Source: Armatimonadota bacterium
GTDB taxonomy: Bacteria > Armatimonadota > HRBIN16
DNA: 64,000 nucleotides
Direction of reading: 5' to 3'
Assembly (NCBI GenBank): GCA_963677485.1
Contig: OY781964.1
Coordinates: forward strand, 3,648,001 to 3,712,000
Shown: positions 60,290 to 64,000 of the stretch, one piece after another
Numbering within the stretch: the first letter of the stretch is position 1
How the letters are laid out: the number at the start of each line of letters is the position of its first letter
Program-made: the position numbers and the translations under genes
The notes under the pieces: model-generated
The model's database searches: none
What the model was told of the DNA's origin: nothing
The model's input: only the letters and a program-made list of their open reading frames with translations

Positions 60290-61270
60290 TTATATCCTGA
60301 CCAGTTGGTAGTCTGGGCTGCCCATCTTCAACTCTTTCATATACGTAAGTTGACGCAGGCCGCTTCTTGTCTCAATACGTTCTTTAAGGTCGTGAAGTTC
60401 CGCTTCGGGCAGACTGTATACCATGTCGATGGAAGCCTGCTCCACCGCCAGGATGTCTGTCGATGCTAGAATACCCAGGTTACGGGCTTTGACGGGAGCG
60501 GCTGAGATTCCTGCACAGTCGCAGTCCACAGACATATTTCGCAACACATTGATGTACACGATCTTCTTACCGAAATGATCTATGGTCGCTTTTGCCGACT
60601 CGACCATGTTTTCTTGAACGCCTTCGCCCTGCAGCCAGTTCTCGTAGTGCTCATCATCCTGCGCAGCGTGAACCATCTTCTTGCCAACTGGCCCGTCAAC
60701 ACAGCCGATAGCGATGTTCTTCATTGATCCGCCATATCCACCCATGGCGTGTCCTTTAAAGTGTGTGAGTACTACCATCGAATCATACTTGAGCATGTTT
60801 ACTCCCACCGACATCTTCGTAAAGTGCTTGCCGTTAATCACGGGGATCATCACCGCGCCGTGTTCGTCCATGATGTCCACCGGGCAGAAATCCCAACCGT
60901 TGGTTTTAAGAGTTACGCGATGGTCCGTAGTATTCTGCCTCTTGCCTTTATACAAGGTGTTTGTTTCAACAAGGTTGCTGTTGGGTATCTGCTGCTGCAG
61001 GGCCATCACCATGTTGCGCGGTAGAATGTTGGGGCCGTGGGGTTCTCCTGTGTGTATCTTGATGGCCGTCTTGCCTGTTATTCCACGGCTGACTTTGGCA
61101 TATATTCGTAGTAATCCATGTTCGCCGATGTCGTTGGTGAAATAGACCTGCGGCCTCTTTGACATCGCGTATGGGGGGGCGTCGAGAGCTTTGGTTCCGG
61201 AAGTGGCTATCGCCGCCAACAATGTTGCAGATGCTTTTAGAAAGTCGCCCCGAGAGATATTTTGATCCAT
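60290..61270 (-). CDS. DUF362 domain Fe-S protein with Tat-like signal
   Basis: KIHTGE, HFKGH..GGYGGSMKN, SVDCDC; N-terminal SRGDFLK; AAGGA RBS. Confidence 0.8.
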   Translation of the reverse strand: MDQNISRGDFLKASATLLAAIATSGTKALDAPPYAMSKRPQVYFTNDIGEHGLLRIYAKVSRGITGKTAIKIHTGEPHGPNILPRNMVMALQQQIPNSNLVETNTLYKGKRQNTTDHRVTLKTNGWDFCPVDIMDEHGAVMIPVINGKHFTKMSVGVNMLKYDSMVVLTHFKGHAMGGYGGSMKNIAIGCVDGPVGKKMVHAAQDDEHYENWLQGEGVQENMVESAKATIDHFGKKIVYINVLRNMSVDCDCAGISAAPVKARNLGILASTDILAVEQASIDMVYSLPEAELHDLKERIETRSGLRQLTYMKELKMGSPDYQLVRI

Positions 61271-61426
61271 GTATTCTATCCTTTCATTACGAATTATGTC
61301 TGCATTTGGTGGGCCTTCGTAGTGATCTATATATATGTTAAGACAGCACCATGCCACTTACAATACACAATACTCCTAATTTCTTGCCTAAAACTACATG
61401 AAGTAACATTAATAGGCGATATGCTG

Positions 61427-61455
61427 TTGACAACACCTCTAGAGGTTAGTACCAT
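61427..61455 (+). promoter_or_regulatory. Sigma70 promoter of the AraC regulator
   Basis: TTGACA-17 bp-TACCAT. Confidence 0.6.
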
Positions 61456-61491
61456 ACAATTGTCACGTTATTAGGTGACCTAGTAGGAGGA

Positions 61492-62424
61492 ATGCACTTG
61501 GATCATGACCTTGTCGATAGTAAAGACCGTCGGCTGGCAGAGCTCATAGAGCCGCTCACAACAAATGACGGGTATACCGAATCCTCGCTGAAGGGCGTCA
61601 GATTTCTGCGGTCGACCGTGACCATTCCCAGGCATCCCGTCGTATATGAACCGAGTATTGTGATCATCGCTCAGGGGCACAAGACGGGCTACCTTGGGGA
61701 AAAGGTCTACAGATATGACGCGCGTAACTACCTGGTGTTGTCTGTACCGCTGCCATTCGATTGCGAGACTGTTGGCACCCCAGAGGAGCCGCTGCTGGGC
61801 GTTTCGATCAGTGTGGACGTGGCCACCGTGAGTGAGCTGCTGCTGGATATGGATGACAGTAACTCGATGTCGAGTTCCATACCGCGTGGAATCTACTCCT
61901 CGCACCTCACCGATGAACTGATGGATGCGTTGATACGGCTGCTGGAGTCGTTGGGCAATCCTCTTGATGCGCGCATCCTGGGGCCGCAGATCGTCAGGGA
62001 GATCGTCTACAGGGTGCTGTGTGGCGAACAAGGCGAATCGCTGCGGTCGTTGGCACTCCGGCACAGCCGCTTTAGCCAAATCGCGAAGGTGCTGAAGCGT
62101 ATGGATAGCGAGTATGATTCCGAGTTTGATATCAGCACCCTGGCCAATGAAGCCAATATGAGCGTGTCGTCCTTCCATAGCAACTTCAAAGCGGTCACGG
62201 CTGTGTCACCGCTGCAGTATCTGAAGAGCATCCGGCTGCACAAAGCCAGGATGATGATGGTTCAAGACGGTATCGGGGCCAGCAGCGCCGCTTTCAAGGT
62301 GGGGTATGAAAGTGCGTCGCAGTTCAGCCGCGAGTTCAAACGCTACTTTGGGTGTAACCCGAAGGAAGCCACCGGGAAGATGCTGGCAATTGCGGGAGCT
62401 GCTGGTCAGTCTGCGATAAGCTAG
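61492..62424 (+). CDS. AraC-family regulator (AraC_N/YqhC type)
   Basis: YEPSIVIIAQG.K, SPLQYLKSIRL, VGYESASQFSREFKRYFG; divergent from the AKR/flavodoxin operon. Confidence 0.92.
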   Translation: MHLDHDLVDSKDRRLAELIEPLTTNDGYTESSLKGVRFLRSTVTIPRHPVVYEPSIVIIAQGHKTGYLGEKVYRYDARNYLVLSVPLPFDCETVGTPEEPLLGVSISVDVATVSELLLDMDDSNSMSSSIPRGIYSSHLTDELMDALIRLLESLGNPLDARILGPQIVREIVYRVLCGEQGESLRSLALRHSRFSQIAKVLKRMDSEYDSEFDISTLANEANMSVSSFHSNFKAVTAVSPLQYLKSIRLHKARMMMVQDGIGASSAAFKVGYESASQFSREFKRYFGCNPKEATGKMLAIAGAAGQSAIS

Positions 62425-62533
62425 GTCCGTTCACTGGTGGGAATGATCCATTTGATAAGCTCATCCCATTACCGCATAATGGAATCACGATAACGAGCCG
62501 TTCTGGCGATCGCAACGGAGGATCACAGCAGAT

Positions 62534-63823
62534 ATGGAGATTGAAATGCTACTTCGGACACTCACCATTCTTGTTTGCCTAATGACATTCGCCTGTACCG
62601 CAATAAGGCCTGCGGCCGCTAAACCCGCCGCCAAGTGGAAACTAGGCACGCCGATTGTGACCTACTGGGCCGGGCCGAGTGACTTTATGGAGCTCAACGA
62701 CCGGACCGCTGAACAGCTCAGAGCTGGCGGTTGGAATGTGGGCTGGGCAAAGACACCCGAGGAATTGGATGTGTATCATCGCCACGGTCTACGCGTCATG
62801 CTGAAGGTGGGTACCCCCAATGTGGATGACCCGGCACAAGCAAAAGCGCTTGAAGATATTGTCGTCAAAGTGCGCAACCACCCGGCGCTGTATGCCTATT
62901 ACATCGTAGATGAACCAGGTGCTGGCGCGTTCCCCGCACTGGGTAAATTGGTGGCCTTCCTGCGCAAGTTGGACCCCGCACACCTCGCGTTCATTAATCT
63001 GCTGCCGACCTACGCATCCCCTGAACAGCTTAACGTCACCGATGATGCCGCGGCGAAGGCCAAAGTGGGCATACCATCGAATTTCTCAGGCATCGATACC
63101 GGCAATGGCACGGTACTGCGTTACCAGGAGCACCTGCGGCAGTTCATCACCACCGTCAAGCCTGAGCTGATCAGTTACGACCACTACCACTTCATGAAGA
63201 ACAGCGATGGTCCGCAGTATTTCCTGAACCTGGGGTTGGTCCGGCTCGCGGCGATGAAGGCTGGCATCCCGTTCATGAACATCATCCAGACCTGCGACTC
63301 GCCCGCTGAAGGCTGGCGCGAGCCGGTGGCGAACGAGCTGCGCTGGCTGACTTACACCTCGGTGGCATATGGTGCTCAAGCGATAGCACACTTCCGTTAT
63401 GACCTCGGGTGCTGGAAAGACCCAAAGGAAGCCACGGTACCGCTGCCGCTCTACTGGGCGTTGTCGCAGATCAACCGTGAGTTTGTGGCGATCGCCACGG
63501 AGCTGCAGCCCCTCAAGTCGCTGGGTGCTTTCCATATCGGCAAGATGCCCATCGGTGGAGTTGCCTTGCCCGCTAATGCGGTGTTTGCACCCGATCGGCG
63601 GTCACAGGACTTGGTGCTGGGCACTTTCGGCAAGAGTGCAGATATGCCCACCCATGTGGTAGTGGTGAACCTGGACTACAAGAAGGCGGTCAGCACCACG
63701 CTGCTCGGCCCTGGTGCGATGGAGGTGTTCCATCCCGCTACGAAGGTCTGGACGAAGGGCAGCTCGCGGCTGAAGCTCGACCTTCCGCCCTGCGGCGGAA
63801 TGCTCGTTCGGCTGGCGCGGTAG
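62534..63823 (+). CDS. Secreted putative glycoside hydrolase (clan GH-A-like TIM barrel)
   Basis: Signal peptide; HPALYAYYIVDEP acid/base-like motif, SYDHY. Confidence 0.6.
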   Translation: MEIEMLLRTLTILVCLMTFACTAIRPAAAKPAAKWKLGTPIVTYWAGPSDFMELNDRTAEQLRAGGWNVGWAKTPEELDVYHRHGLRVMLKVGTPNVDDPAQAKALEDIVVKVRNHPALYAYYIVDEPGAGAFPALGKLVAFLRKLDPAHLAFINLLPTYASPEQLNVTDDAAAKAKVGIPSNFSGIDTGNGTVLRYQEHLRQFITTVKPELISYDHYHFMKNSDGPQYFLNLGLVRLAAMKAGIPFMNIIQTCDSPAEGWREPVANELRWLTYTSVAYGAQAIAHFRYDLGCWKDPKEATVPLPLYWALSQINREFVAIATELQPLKSLGAFHIGKMPIGGVALPANAVFAPDRRSQDLVLGTFGKSADMPTHVVVVNLDYKKAVSTTLLGPGAMEVFHPATKVWTKGSSRLKLDLPPCGGMLVRLAR

Positions 63824-63906
63824 GGGGCGAGGGCGGTGTATGGTTGACCGCAACCTGTAAATGGTGATGGCATCAACCCATCGAATTACGCGCTGTGGAA
63901 AATCCA

Positions 63907-63967
63907 GCACCCACGGAGTGGGTAGCAGTCCTTACAGCCAGAGGTGAGCGAAGCGATACCCCTGGAA
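63907..63967 (+). repeat. Dispersed repeat (copy 2 of 2)
   Basis: Near-identical to 37328-37388. Confidence 0.75.
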
Positions 63968-64000
63968 AGCGGTGCATCACATTACCCCGAAGTGGGTCGA

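Overview
Bacterial chromosomal window with about 55 genes and 2 tRNAs. The lineage is inferred, not proven: the gene mix and intergenic repeat types suggest an anaerobic or facultative organism, possibly Armatimonadota-like. Housekeeping genes (rimO, rseP, tmk, miaB, plsC, argJ, hemB, comM) are interspersed with nrfHA, several carbohydrate-active enzymes, a DegP-like protease followed by two pseudo-proteases, and an accessory detox/immunity block after tRNA-Asn. The strongest candidate for an undescribed system is a tightly coupled 7-gene operon at 29608-37050, preceded by a Pho-box-like direct repeat. It encodes a pair of thymidylate-kinase-fold proteins (one with a Walker A K->R change; PPK3-like), a CHAD protein, a metallophosphoesterase, a pair of phosphohexomutases (one with a degenerate metal loop) and Ppx. 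This looks like a polyphosphate module with an unexplained sugar-phosphate mutase pair. Other notable items: a ~181-nt rod-like structured RNA candidate after tmk, mosaic REP-like intergenic repeats, and a CMD gene broken by a single in-frame TAA. No CRISPR array, integrase or transposase was seen. All calls come from motif reading; no database search was run.
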